DNA from: Prolixibacteraceae bacterium
GTDB lineage: Bacteria; Bacteroidota; Bacteroidia; Bacteroidales; Prolixibacteraceae
NCBI GenBank assembly: GCA_035353575.1
Contig: DAOPZV010000001.1
Span: forward strand, 5,667 to 65,466
Length of the DNA stretch: 59,800 bases
Reading direction: 5' to 3'
This document shows positions 29,022 through 37,953 of the stretch, piece after piece. Every line of letters starts with the position of its first letter. Within the stretch, counting starts at the first letter, position 1. Position numbers and translations under genes: made by a program. Under the pieces are notes generated by a model that saw only the letters and a list, made by a program, of their open reading frames with translations, searched no databases and had not been told where the DNA came from.

Positions 29022-29906
29022 TTAATGTTTCTGAAGAAGAATTATCAGTATTGAACCAACAACCATAATTGCTGAGCCAATCAACTTTTTGCGAATTCCG
29101 AGTTCTTTGAATATCCGATGACCAAGCAACACACTAACAAGAATCGACAACTGAAACAACGACAGGGCATAACCAACATGCAAGTGATCAAAAGCATAAT
29201 TAGTTGTGTATTGCATCGTTCCCACACAAGCAATTAGCAGGACGTATTTTTTAAGATGTGTTCTGGTAATTTTCCTAAATTCGATTTTCAAATCTATACG
29301 ATATACTTTCAGCAAAACAAAAGCAAAAAACGCCCCAAACCAGCACCAGCTAACGAAAGCTATGGTTGGCGAAGAAACCAGTATAATTCGTTTTGTCAGC
29401 ACCGCCTCAATCGCAGTTAATATCATAGCCCAAATGCGAAACTGAATCTCTTTTTTCCGGAGCAGGGCCCAGCTAAAACGCTCATCAGTAGTGTCCAGCA
29501 CAAAATAGCTGCCATAAATAATCAACCCGATTCCAATCATTCCCCAAATATTAGGTATCTCGTGCAACAGCAAAACTCCTCCAATAATCCCAATAACCGA
29601 TTTATAGGCATTCACCGGCCCCAAAACCGACAAATCACCTTTCTGTAACGCTTTCACTAAAAAGCCGTTGCCCACAGCGCCTGCTATTCCGCTTAAAACT
29701 GAAAAATACCAAAATGAAACCGGAAGTTCAGTCCATTTTATTCTGATTGCGATTAATATGCAGACCAATGATAGCATCAAATAGCCCAGGAAGTTAACCA
29801 TCAGCGGGTGATTCTTCTTTGCCGTAAGTTGTTTCTGAAAAACATTAGCAAACGGATTGGATAAAATACGAAGGATAACTGCCCCTGCAATCAATAAATC
29901 CGACAT
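29022..29906 (-). CDS. EamA/DMT family transporter
   Basis: About 10 hydrophobic helices; GDLSVLGPVNAYKSV. Likely start at 29906 (MSDLLIA). Confidence 0.85.
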   Translation of the reverse strand: MSDLLIAGAVILRILSNPFANVFQKQLTAKKNHPLMVNFLGYLMLSLVCILIAIRIKWTELPVSFWYFSVLSGIAGAVGNGFLVKALQKGDLSVLGPVNAYKSVIGIIGGVLLLHEIPNIWGMIGIGLIIYGSYFVLDTTDERFSWALLRKKEIQFRIWAMILTAIEAVLTKRIILVSSPTIAFVSWCWFGAFFAFVLLKVYRIDLKIEFRKITRTHLKKYVLLIACVGTMQYTTNYAFDHLHVGYALSLFQLSILVSVLLGHRIFKELGIRKKLIGSAIMVVGSILIILLQKH

Positions 29907-29907
29907 A

Positions 29908-30696
29908 TTAATTCGATTTTGTGTTGCCCGAGGCAATTTTTTCCAGGACAGGAATCATCTCATCAGCTGTATTAACCACTTTCCTGATAATACCATTTGC
30001 ATCAACAATGATATGGGTTGGATAAGATTTAACATCTAAAACATTGAATTCAAACTGTTTTTGATCGGGAATGACAGCGTAATGAAATGGTTTCTTCTGA
30101 AGAAATGTTTCCAAAGCCTTCTTTTGATCGAAAGCAAGTCCAATGAAAACTATATCTTTTCTACCTCGGTATTTTTCAACAAGCTGATTCAACACTGGAA
30201 ATTCTTCAATACAAGGAGGACAGGCTATAAACCAGCACTTGAACACAAGTATTTTCCCCTTCAGCTTTTCGGTTGAGAAATCAGCTCCATTAATATCTTT
30301 GAAATTAAAGGCCGGAAAAGCCTTTCCCTCCATTTTAAAATTCTTCAGAGCCTCCGCGCCTGCATATTTTATTACCTCCGGAATTGTTTTATCCGATCCT
30401 TTTTCTAATCGGTATAACTGATAGCAAACGCTGTCGGCAGAGGCCAATTTCACCGGTATAAAATCTCCGGAATTTAGCTTCTCCAAAAAACTTTGTTTGG
30501 AAATCCTCATTTCGTTGTCGTCGATTGCGATGAAGTCGGCAGACAAACGAATGCTTTTGTTGTGATATTTCCACCAATCGCTAAAACTCTTTTCAAGCTT
30601 TGCGACATCAACATCGGGATTTCCATAATTTTTAGCCTCTGCTAAAGACCATAAAGTGCTCAGAATAAGCGTACAGGTTATTAATATTCCTTTCAT
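29908..30696 (-). CDS. TlpA-family thiol-disulfide oxidoreductase
   Basis: Signal peptide; LKGKILVFKCWFIACPPC; cis-Pro region SYPT. Confidence 0.88.
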   Translation of the reverse strand: MKGILITCTLILSTLWSLAEAKNYGNPDVDVAKLEKSFSDWWKYHNKSIRLSADFIAIDDNEMRISKQSFLEKLNSGDFIPVKLASADSVCYQLYRLEKGSDKTIPEVIKYAGAEALKNFKMEGKAFPAFNFKDINGADFSTEKLKGKILVFKCWFIACPPCIEEFPVLNQLVEKYRGRKDIVFIGLAFDQKKALETFLQKKPFHYAVIPDQKQFEFNVLDVKSYPTHIIVDANGIIRKVVNTADEMIPVLEKIASGNTKSN

Positions 30697-30713
30697 AAAA
30701 AGAACCTACTAAA

Positions 30714-31316
30714 TTATAAAACACCCAAAGTGCTCAAATCTGCTTTTAGCTGCTGAGGGTTTATAAAATGTATAGCCGCCATTCCAAGTTCTTCAGCCGC
30801 TTTTACATTCCGCAAATTGTCGTCGATAAAAACACAGCTTTCAGCTTTCAAAGCATACCGGTTGAGCAAAATCTGGTAGAGACGCTTATCTGGTTTGATC
30901 AATTTTTCTTCTGACGAAACCACGATGCCATCCAAATCTTTGAAAAAGGCATACCTCGCATAAGCAATTGTTATTGTTTCGCCCGACCAGTTCGTCAATC
31001 CATAAACTCCATAGCGTTCTTTTAGCTCGTACATCAATGCAACAGTTTCCGGAATCTCGCATTTCAGCATCGTTTCCCATTGCCCGTAATAGAGAGCTAT
31101 AAGATCATGATATTCAGGAAATTTTTCCTGAAGAATTCGCGTTCCGTCTGCCAACGAGCGCCCGCGATCTTGTTCAATATTCCACTCATCGTTGCATACC
31201 GTGTGCAGAAAATGCTCCATATCCGCTTCATTCGCGAAATAGTTGCGGTATAAATGGCGCGGATTCCAATCAACCAAAACGCCTCCAAAATCAAAAATTA
31301 TATTTTCTATTTTCAT
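30714..31316 (-). CDS. HAD-family hydrolase (YihX-like)
   Basis: Motifs IIFDFGGVL, LTNWS, KPD and VFIDDNLRNVKAA. Confidence 0.9.
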   Translation of the reverse strand: MKIENIIFDFGGVLVDWNPRHLYRNYFANEADMEHFLHTVCNDEWNIEQDRGRSLADGTRILQEKFPEYHDLIALYYGQWETMLKCEIPETVALMYELKERYGVYGLTNWSGETITIAYARYAFFKDLDGIVVSSEEKLIKPDKRLYQILLNRYALKAESCVFIDDNLRNVKAAEELGMAAIHFINPQQLKADLSTLGVL

Positions 31317-31334
31317 ATTAACTTCTGCGTAATA

Positions 31335-32936
31335 CTAGCCAAAATTCAATTTTGCTTTATCCATCTGCTTCGATAACCCAATTGCTTCTTCAATAATTGG
31401 TTCGGGGTAACCATTCAGTTGCAAAATCCGGATGGCATTTCTGTTCTTTAATTTGCCTTCCTTCAATTTATAGTCGAAGTCAACCGTTTGATGATTAACT
31501 GTTTCGCTAAAATGGTATAATTCATATTCATCTTTCAGTAAATCTGCCAATTCAATGTCGTGTGTTGAAACAAATACCAGGTTATTGTTTTTATTGAGCG
31601 CCGATAAAACAGCCTTTCCAGCCGATATTCGTTCGACAGTGTTAGTGCCCTTGAATATTTCGTCGAGCAAAAATAAATTTGAGTATCCGCTCTGACTACT
31701 GTCAATCATTTCTTTGATAGTCAAAACTTCCTCGAAATAATAGCTTTTGTCGTTCATTAAATCGTCGCTAATCCGGATTGCTGAAAAAATTCGGATTGGG
31801 GGAAAGGAAAATTGCCCGGAAAAACAGGTGTTTAGTGTTAAGCCTGAGATTACATTCAAGCCAATCGTCCGAATAAAAGAGGTTTTTCCCGACATATTTG
31901 AACCGGTTAAAAGCACCGATTTTCCATTTATTTCAATCGAATTCCTAATGCAACTGGTTATCAATGGGTGGTAAATATCCTTGGCCAAAAGCTTTTTATG
32001 TTTGGTACAAATATCTGGTTTACACCACAAATCGAGCCCATGGCGTAACGATGCTATCGAAATTAACATGTCCGCCTGCCCAACAAAAGCAAAAACCTGT
32101 TCAATCTCTCTGCGTTTGGTATCAAGCTGGCCAAGTACATTGAAAAGCAATATGGGCTCAATCAAAAATATAATTTTAAAAAACTCCAGTATTCCCCATG
32201 CAACTGCCTCTAAATCGCCCTGTAATTTTGCCTCAAGTTTGAAAAACGACATCCGGTTCCGAACTTTGTCAAGAACTGCGATCGATTCGAGAAGTTCCGG
32301 ATTTAAACATTTCAGAGCCTCATCTTTATAAAGTTCTTTTGCAACTGAATTCAGCCTGAGCAACTGCGGAATTGAAGCAATATATGGAGTAAGATTTTTT
32401 TTGTTCCAGTAATGAATTATAAAATTGACCAATATTATCGCGAAGAGCACGAACGCCATTGCCGGGTTAAAAAACAACAAGATCAATGAAAACAAGCTTG
32501 CAGCCGATAACATTCTAGCCACAAACAACCACTTCGGCTGTTTTAAATGTTCGTCCTGAAATAATGAACTGATGTAAAATGCGTCCTTTGATTTCAGCTT
32601 ATATAGTTCGTGCTGAATGGCAAGCCGATATTCCGCATCGCTGGTAAACTTGTTGATTAAATTTTCGAAATCCTTTTCTTTCCTGTTTTCGTCAATTGTT
32701 CTCAGTTTTGAATAAAAATACTGCTGACCAACAACCGAAACAGTACGGTCGGCAAACATGAAGAATTCCTGCAAATCAAGATCATTCCAGGTTTTATCCG
32801 AGATTATTTGCTCTGACCGAATACTCTTTTTCTTTCTGAAATAAGCTTCAATAAGCTCAAAATTAAACGTTTCGTCTTTCAGTGTTCCGAACGAACCGAT
32901 TAGTTTTCTTCTGACTTTATTATTTTGTATTCCCAT
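31335..32936 (-). CDS. MutS-related protein (MutS domain V ATPase with a hydrophobic/TM segment)
   Basis: Walker A TGSNMSGKTS, LLDEIFKGTN and STHD. There is no mismatch-binding domain; a TM-like stretch lies at about aa 135-177. Confidence 0.88.
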   Translation of the reverse strand: MGIQNNKVRRKLIGSFGTLKDETFNFELIEAYFRKKKSIRSEQIISDKTWNDLDLQEFFMFADRTVSVVGQQYFYSKLRTIDENRKEKDFENLINKFTSDAEYRLAIQHELYKLKSKDAFYISSLFQDEHLKQPKWLFVARMLSAASLFSLILLFFNPAMAFVLFAIILVNFIIHYWNKKNLTPYIASIPQLLRLNSVAKELYKDEALKCLNPELLESIAVLDKVRNRMSFFKLEAKLQGDLEAVAWGILEFFKIIFLIEPILLFNVLGQLDTKRREIEQVFAFVGQADMLISIASLRHGLDLWCKPDICTKHKKLLAKDIYHPLITSCIRNSIEINGKSVLLTGSNMSGKTSFIRTIGLNVISGLTLNTCFSGQFSFPPIRIFSAIRISDDLMNDKSYYFEEVLTIKEMIDSSQSGYSNLFLLDEIFKGTNTVERISAGKAVLSALNKNNNLVFVSTHDIELADLLKDEYELYHFSETVNHQTVDFDYKLKEGKLKNRNAIRILQLNGYPEPIIEEAIGLSKQMDKAKLNFG

Positions 32937-33111
32937 GCGATTTTACCCGGCGATTTGTTTTCTGCAATAAAACTAGTAAACTTAATTTAGGCGTAGCAAT
33001 TTTTGTTGGGTTTATTCAAAAAAGTTAAAAAAACGGAAATTTGTAGATTTAAATCGCTTGAACTACTATAAACTACTTAATAAATCTATATTTAAAAGAT
33101 ATTTTTTACCA

Positions 33112-35433
33112 ATGAATTTTATCCGTCGGATTTTAATGCTTGTGCTTTTGCTTGGCTGCCTGGAAGCTTTTTCTCAGCAAAAGTTTACAATAAGCGGCAC
33201 TATAACCGACGCTTCAAACGGCGAAAACCTTTCGGGCGTAATTATCGCTACAAACAACCACAACTATTTGGCTATAAGTAACTCCTACGGATTTTATTCG
33301 CTTTCGCTACCTGCCGGAGATTACACACTTTCCATCAGCTTAATGGGGTTCGAAAAGAGAGAACAGGTTGTCAAAATTCATGAAAATCAACTTATTGATT
33401 TCAGTCTGAAACCCAGGAATTTCGAGCTGGAAGCTGTAGAAGTGAGCGGGAATAAGGGAAATGAAAATATAACTTCTATTGAATCGGGTAATGTGAGAAT
33501 TTCGCCCAAACAAATAGAGAATATTCCCGTTCTTTTTGGCGAAAAAGACATCATGAAAACCATGCAATTGCTGCCCGGAATTAAACAATCGGGCGAGGGC
33601 AACACTGGGTTTTATGTTCGTGGCGGCGGAATTGACCAGAACCTGATTCTTCTCGACGAGGCTCCGGTGTATAATACGGGCCATTTGCTGGGCTTCTTTT
33701 CGGTATTTAATTCTGAAGCAATTCGAGATGCCAATCTTTTTAAAGGTTCAATCCCCGCAGAATTCGGCGGAAGAGCCAGTTCGGTGCTCGACATACGCAT
33801 GAAAGAAGGCAACATGAAAGAATACCAAACCAACGGCAACATCGGATTAATTTCGTCGAATGTTAGCTTTGAGGGGCCAATCAAAGAAGATGTTAGCTCA
33901 TTTATTGTGAGCGGCCGCCGCACTTATGCCGATTTGTTTCTTCAGTTCGCTCCTGATAAAGACATTCGGGATGCCAGCTTATATTTCTACGACTTAAACC
34001 TGAAAACCAATTTCAAATTGAATTCCACGACTCGACTTTTTGTTTCGGGATACCTCGGGAGAGACAAATTCAGAATTCCCGATCAGTTTGGATTCGACTG
34101 GGGAAGCAAAACAGCAACTGTTCGCCTGAATCACTCATTCAGCAAAAAATTGTTCTCAAACTCTTCATTTATATACAGCAATTATTCGTACCACATCGAT
34201 TTGTCGGGCGATAATGAAGTGATCATGGGTTCAACCATTCAGGATTTTAACCTGAAACAAGACTTTAGCTATTATCCGAATACGAAGAACAGTGTCAAAT
34301 TTGGGATTAACTTTATTGCACACGAGACCGTTCCGGGCGATATTCAGGCGGCTCCCGGAAGCATATACAAATCGCTTGAAGTGAGACCGAGAAGAGCATT
34401 GGAATATTCATTATATCTATCGAACAGCCAGCAAATAACCCGGCGGCTACAGGCATACTATGGGTTGCGGCTTGCCTTGTTTACCAACGTCGGACCGGGC
34501 GACTTTTACCAATTCGACAGCAGTGGAAACCTGACACAAACGGTAAGTTATAACAGCTTTAAATGGGTGAAAACGCAGGGGGGGCCGGAACCGCGACTTG
34601 CTTTAAACTATGTGATTAGCGACAGGGCATCATTAAAAGCGTCGTACAATCACATTTATCAGTTCATTCATTTGTTATCCAATTCAACATCGTCAACTCC
34701 AACCGACCTTTGGATCCCGAGCAGCGATAACGTAAAACCGCAGATAGCCGATCAATGGTCAATTGGCTACTTCCATAATTTCAAACAGAACCTGTACGAA
34801 TCGTCGGTTGAAGTGTATTATAAAAACCTTCAAAATCAAATCGATTATAAAAATGGTGCCGACCTGGTTTTTAATTCAACAGTTGAAGCAGAATTGGTAT
34901 TTGGACGAGGTTGGGCTTATGGCGCCGAGTATTTATTCAGGAAAAATTATGGCCGGCTGACAGGCTGGTTAGGGTACACATTATCGAAAACAATGCGGCA
35001 ATTTGATTCCATTAACGATGGGAAACCTTATCCAGCTCGTCAGGATCGTCGGCACGATTTGTCGCTTGTGACCCAGTATAAACTGAGTAACAAGCTAATT
35101 TTATCGGCAACATGGGTGTATAACACCGGAAATGCGGTAACTTTCCCGAACGGGAAGTATGTTATTGCCGGGCGTACAGTAGGGTATTACACACAACGCA
35201 ACGGATATAGAATGCCAGATTATCACAGGCTCGATCTTGGATTAACATGGATCAGAAGACATACAGCGAAAGTTGAATCGAGTTGGAATTTCTCGATTTA
35301 CAATGCCTATGCCCGCGAAAATGCTTATTTTATTTCGTTCAGGCCAAAAGAAGATAATCCTAATGAAACCGAAGCGGTACAAGTTTCTTTGTTTAAATTC
35401 ATTCCGTCAATTAGTTATAAGTTTAAATTCTGA
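33112..35433 (+). CDS. TonB-dependent receptor with N-terminal carboxypeptidase-regulatory-like domain
   Basis: TISGTITDASNGENL, VRGGGIDQNLILLD and FGGRASSVLDI; C-terminal PSISYKFKF. Confidence 0.93.
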   Translation: MNFIRRILMLVLLLGCLEAFSQQKFTISGTITDASNGENLSGVIIATNNHNYLAISNSYGFYSLSLPAGDYTLSISLMGFEKREQVVKIHENQLIDFSLKPRNFELEAVEVSGNKGNENITSIESGNVRISPKQIENIPVLFGEKDIMKTMQLLPGIKQSGEGNTGFYVRGGGIDQNLILLDEAPVYNTGHLLGFFSVFNSEAIRDANLFKGSIPAEFGGRASSVLDIRMKEGNMKEYQTNGNIGLISSNVSFEGPIKEDVSSFIVSGRRTYADLFLQFAPDKDIRDASLYFYDLNLKTNFKLNSTTRLFVSGYLGRDKFRIPDQFGFDWGSKTATVRLNHSFSKKLFSNSSFIYSNYSYHIDLSGDNEVIMGSTIQDFNLKQDFSYYPNTKNSVKFGINFIAHETVPGDIQAAPGSIYKSLEVRPRRALEYSLYLSNSQQITRRLQAYYGLRLALFTNVGPGDFYQFDSSGNLTQTVSYNSFKWVKTQGGPEPRLALNYVISDRASLKASYNHIYQFIHLLSNSTSSTPTDLWIPSSDNVKPQIADQWSIGYFHNFKQNLYESSVEVYYKNLQNQIDYKNGADLVFNSTVEAELVFGRGWAYGAEYLFRKNYGRLTGWLGYTLSKTMRQFDSINDGKPYPARQDRRHDLSLVTQYKLSNKLILSATWVYNTGNAVTFPNGKYVIAGRTVGYYTQRNGYRMPDYHRLDLGLTWIRRHTAKVESSWNFSIYNAYARENAYFISFRPKEDNPNETEAVQVSLFKFIPSISYKFKF

Positions 35434-35436
35434 AAA

Positions 35437-36264
35437 TTGAGTAATAAACTGATCATATTTCTTTGTTTCATTGCCTCAGGCTTTTTGTACTCGTGCGAAA
35501 AGGTAATCGACTATGATTTGAATACCTCGCAATCGGCTATTGTTATCGAAGCAACAGTAGCAGATGGCAACGAACCTTTTAAGGTAATGATCAGCAAAAC
35601 AGCACCGTATTTTGGTAGCTCTCAATCAACCGAAGTGAGTGGCGCAACAGTCAGCATAAAAGCTGATGGCGGCAAACAACGTTATTTCACCGAGGTTTCG
35701 CCCGGATTGTATCAGCTCTCAAAAGTGCTTGCGGCAAAAAGAACATGGTACACAATATACGTTGAATACGAAGGAATTACATACACTGCTCGGTCATACC
35801 TCAACGACATGGTGCCCATAGTTGATTGCACGGTCTCTTATTTCGATGGATTTGGCATTCTAGACAGCGGCTACAAAATCAATTGCTTTATAAAAGACCC
35901 GCCCAATATCGAAAACTATTACCAAATCAAAATGTATGTCAACGGGAAGCTTGTAAATAATGAAGGGGAGATGGACGTATATTCAGATAAACTATTTGAC
36001 GGAAAAGTTATCGGGCTCGTCCAGAATTCGTCGAACGTTTTTAAGGAAAGTGACACTGTTTTAATTGAAGTTCAGGCGATTGATAAAGCTGCATACAACT
36101 ATTTTTCGACGCTTGAAAGTATATCCGGACTGGATATCATCGCGTCTGCATCACCATCAAACCCGATCAGTAATTTTGATAACGGTGCTCTCGGTTATTT
36201 TTCGGCATATTCATACGACCAGAGAACAGTTGTTATATCCAGGCTGCTCAGCAAACAAAATTAG
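35437..36264 (+). CDS. DUF4249 family lipoprotein
   Basis: Lipobox LYSCEKVID; C-terminal PSNPISNFDNGALGYFSA; follows the TBDR. Confidence 0.85.
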   Translation: MSNKLIIFLCFIASGFLYSCEKVIDYDLNTSQSAIVIEATVADGNEPFKVMISKTAPYFGSSQSTEVSGATVSIKADGGKQRYFTEVSPGLYQLSKVLAAKRTWYTIYVEYEGITYTARSYLNDMVPIVDCTVSYFDGFGILDSGYKINCFIKDPPNIENYYQIKMYVNGKLVNNEGEMDVYSDKLFDGKVIGLVQNSSNVFKESDTVLIEVQAIDKAAYNYFSTLESISGLDIIASASPSNPISNFDNGALGYFSAYSYDQRTVVISRLLSKQN

Positions 36265-36333
36265 AGCGAAGCTATTTCGCAAAAACGCATTTAAATTACT
36301 TTTGAAACCGAAACCAAATAAACTTTTATAAAC

Positions 36334-37290
36334 ATGAAGATAGTAGTACTCGATGGGTTTGCTTTAAATCCGGGCGATCTTTCCTGGAGAAGGCTTGAAG
36401 AAATTGGCATTTGCGATATTTACGACAGAACAAGTCCAAACGAGGTTTTAGCCAGATCTGAAGGTGCCGAAATATTGATTACCAACAAAGTTGTACTTAG
36501 CAAAGCTTTAATCGACCAACTTCCTCAACTAAAATACATTGGCGTTACAGCTACCGGCTACAATGTTGTTGATATTAAAGCTGCAGCTGATAGGGGTATC
36601 GTTGTTACAAACATTCCTGCTTACAGCACCAATTCTGTTGCTCAGCTTGTGTTTTCGCACATTTTAAACGTTGCAAACCGCGTTGAACTGCACGCCACTT
36701 CTGTTCGAAACGGAGAATGGACTGCGTGCCCGGATTTTTCCTACGCAAAAAGTCCGCAGGTTGAACTGGCCGGAAAAACATTGGGAATAATCGGGTTTGG
36801 ACAAATCGGTCGCCGCGTTGCCGAAATTGCAATGGCATTTGGTATGAAAGTTATATTTCAAAATCGGTCGGTAAAAACAGATGTGCCTGAAGGAATGAAG
36901 CAAAAAAGCTTGCCTGAAGTTTTTTCTGAAAGCGACTTTATTAGCTTGAATTGCCCGCTAACAGATGATAATGCAGAATTCGTAAATGCAAATCTGTTGA
37001 AAACCATGAAGCCATCGGCAGTCGTTATTAATACCGGCAGGGGAGGTTTGATCAATGAAAGGGACCTGGCCGATGCACTTAATTCAGGAACGATAAAAGC
37101 TGCTTGCCTTGATGTATTGTCAGCAGAACCTCCAAAAGCCGAAAATCCGCTAATTGGTGCTAAAAATTGCTTTATAACCCCACACATGGCATGGGCAACA
37201 TTTGAAGCCCGCGAACGTTTACTAAACATCACCATCGATAACCTGAAATGTTTTATTTCGGGCAATTATCAGAACGTTGTTAAACCTTAA
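36334..37290 (+). CDS. D-2-hydroxyacid dehydrogenase (glycerate dehydrogenase/hydroxypyruvate reductase-like)
   Basis: MKIVVLDGFALNPGDLSW, GIIGFGQIG, INTGRGGLI and ITPHMAWA. Confidence 0.9.
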   Translation: MKIVVLDGFALNPGDLSWRRLEEIGICDIYDRTSPNEVLARSEGAEILITNKVVLSKALIDQLPQLKYIGVTATGYNVVDIKAAADRGIVVTNIPAYSTNSVAQLVFSHILNVANRVELHATSVRNGEWTACPDFSYAKSPQVELAGKTLGIIGFGQIGRRVAEIAMAFGMKVIFQNRSVKTDVPEGMKQKSLPEVFSESDFISLNCPLTDDNAEFVNANLLKTMKPSAVVINTGRGGLINERDLADALNSGTIKAACLDVLSAEPPKAENPLIGAKNCFITPHMAWATFEARERLLNITIDNLKCFISGNYQNVVKP

Positions 37291-37303
37291 ACTGAATGTT
37301 GGG

Positions 37304-37328
37304 GAAACTTAAAGCACAGGTTGTCGTA
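37304..37328 (+). promoter_or_regulatory. Putative ECF sigma promoter
   Basis: GAAAC-N16-CGTA upstream of the 37367 gene. Confidence 0.4.
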
Positions 37329-37366
37329 GGCTAAATTGAAATTCGGAAATTTTAAAAATCAGGAAA

Positions 37367-37861
37367 ATGAAAGCAATTAGTTCACTTGTATTCATGGTCT
37401 TGCTGATTAGTTTAACCAGTTTCTCTCCAGGCGATAAAAAAGAAACAAAAGCACGAAAACAACTCGAAATGGCTCAGCTAATCGAAAAAGGACATTTTCG
37501 GTTTGTAGCCCAGTCTGCTCATTCTGATTTGGGAGTATTCAATAATCTTGGCCCCAACTACGACATGGTGTTCGACAGTTTAAAGATAAAGGCCTATTTG
37601 CCTTATTATGGGCGCGCATACCAGGCCAAATACGGCGACAGCAACGGTGGAGTTAAATTTGATTTGGTTGCTTCGAAACTCGAAAAAAAGTACAACGAGC
37701 GAAAACAAGTTTATACAATCAGTGCCGAAATGAAAGATAAAGACGATCAGTATTCCATCAACTTAACGGCTGGATTGAACGGATTTGCTGATCTGACGAT
37801 AAACTTTATTAACCGACAGTGGATTAGTTATTACGGCACAATTGAAAAAATCGAAAAATAG
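37367..37861 (+). CDS. DUF4251 family exported protein
   Basis: Signal peptide; AYLPYYGRAY...GGVKF and ISYYGTI. Confidence 0.8.
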   Translation: MKAISSLVFMVLLISLTSFSPGDKKETKARKQLEMAQLIEKGHFRFVAQSAHSDLGVFNNLGPNYDMVFDSLKIKAYLPYYGRAYQAKYGDSNGGVKFDLVASKLEKKYNERKQVYTISAEMKDKDDQYSINLTAGLNGFADLTINFINRQWISYYGTIEKIEK

Positions 37862-37886
37862 ATTGACACACAGTTTTGCGCCAATT

Positions 37887-37924
37887 AAAAACCCGGATAA
37901 GCCATAAAGTTTACCCGGGTTTTT
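37887..37924. terminator. Bidirectional terminator
   Basis: aaaaacccggataa ... ttacccgggttttt between convergent genes. Confidence 0.75.
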
Positions 37925-37953
37925 CTTTCGCTGTTTAGAGCCAGCCCTGATGG

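Noticed and set aside
31335-32936. Canonical mismatch-repair mutS or a truncated pseudogene
   Set aside because: The frame is intact with a different architecture (hydrophobic segment plus domain V only), consistent with a separate MutS-related family.
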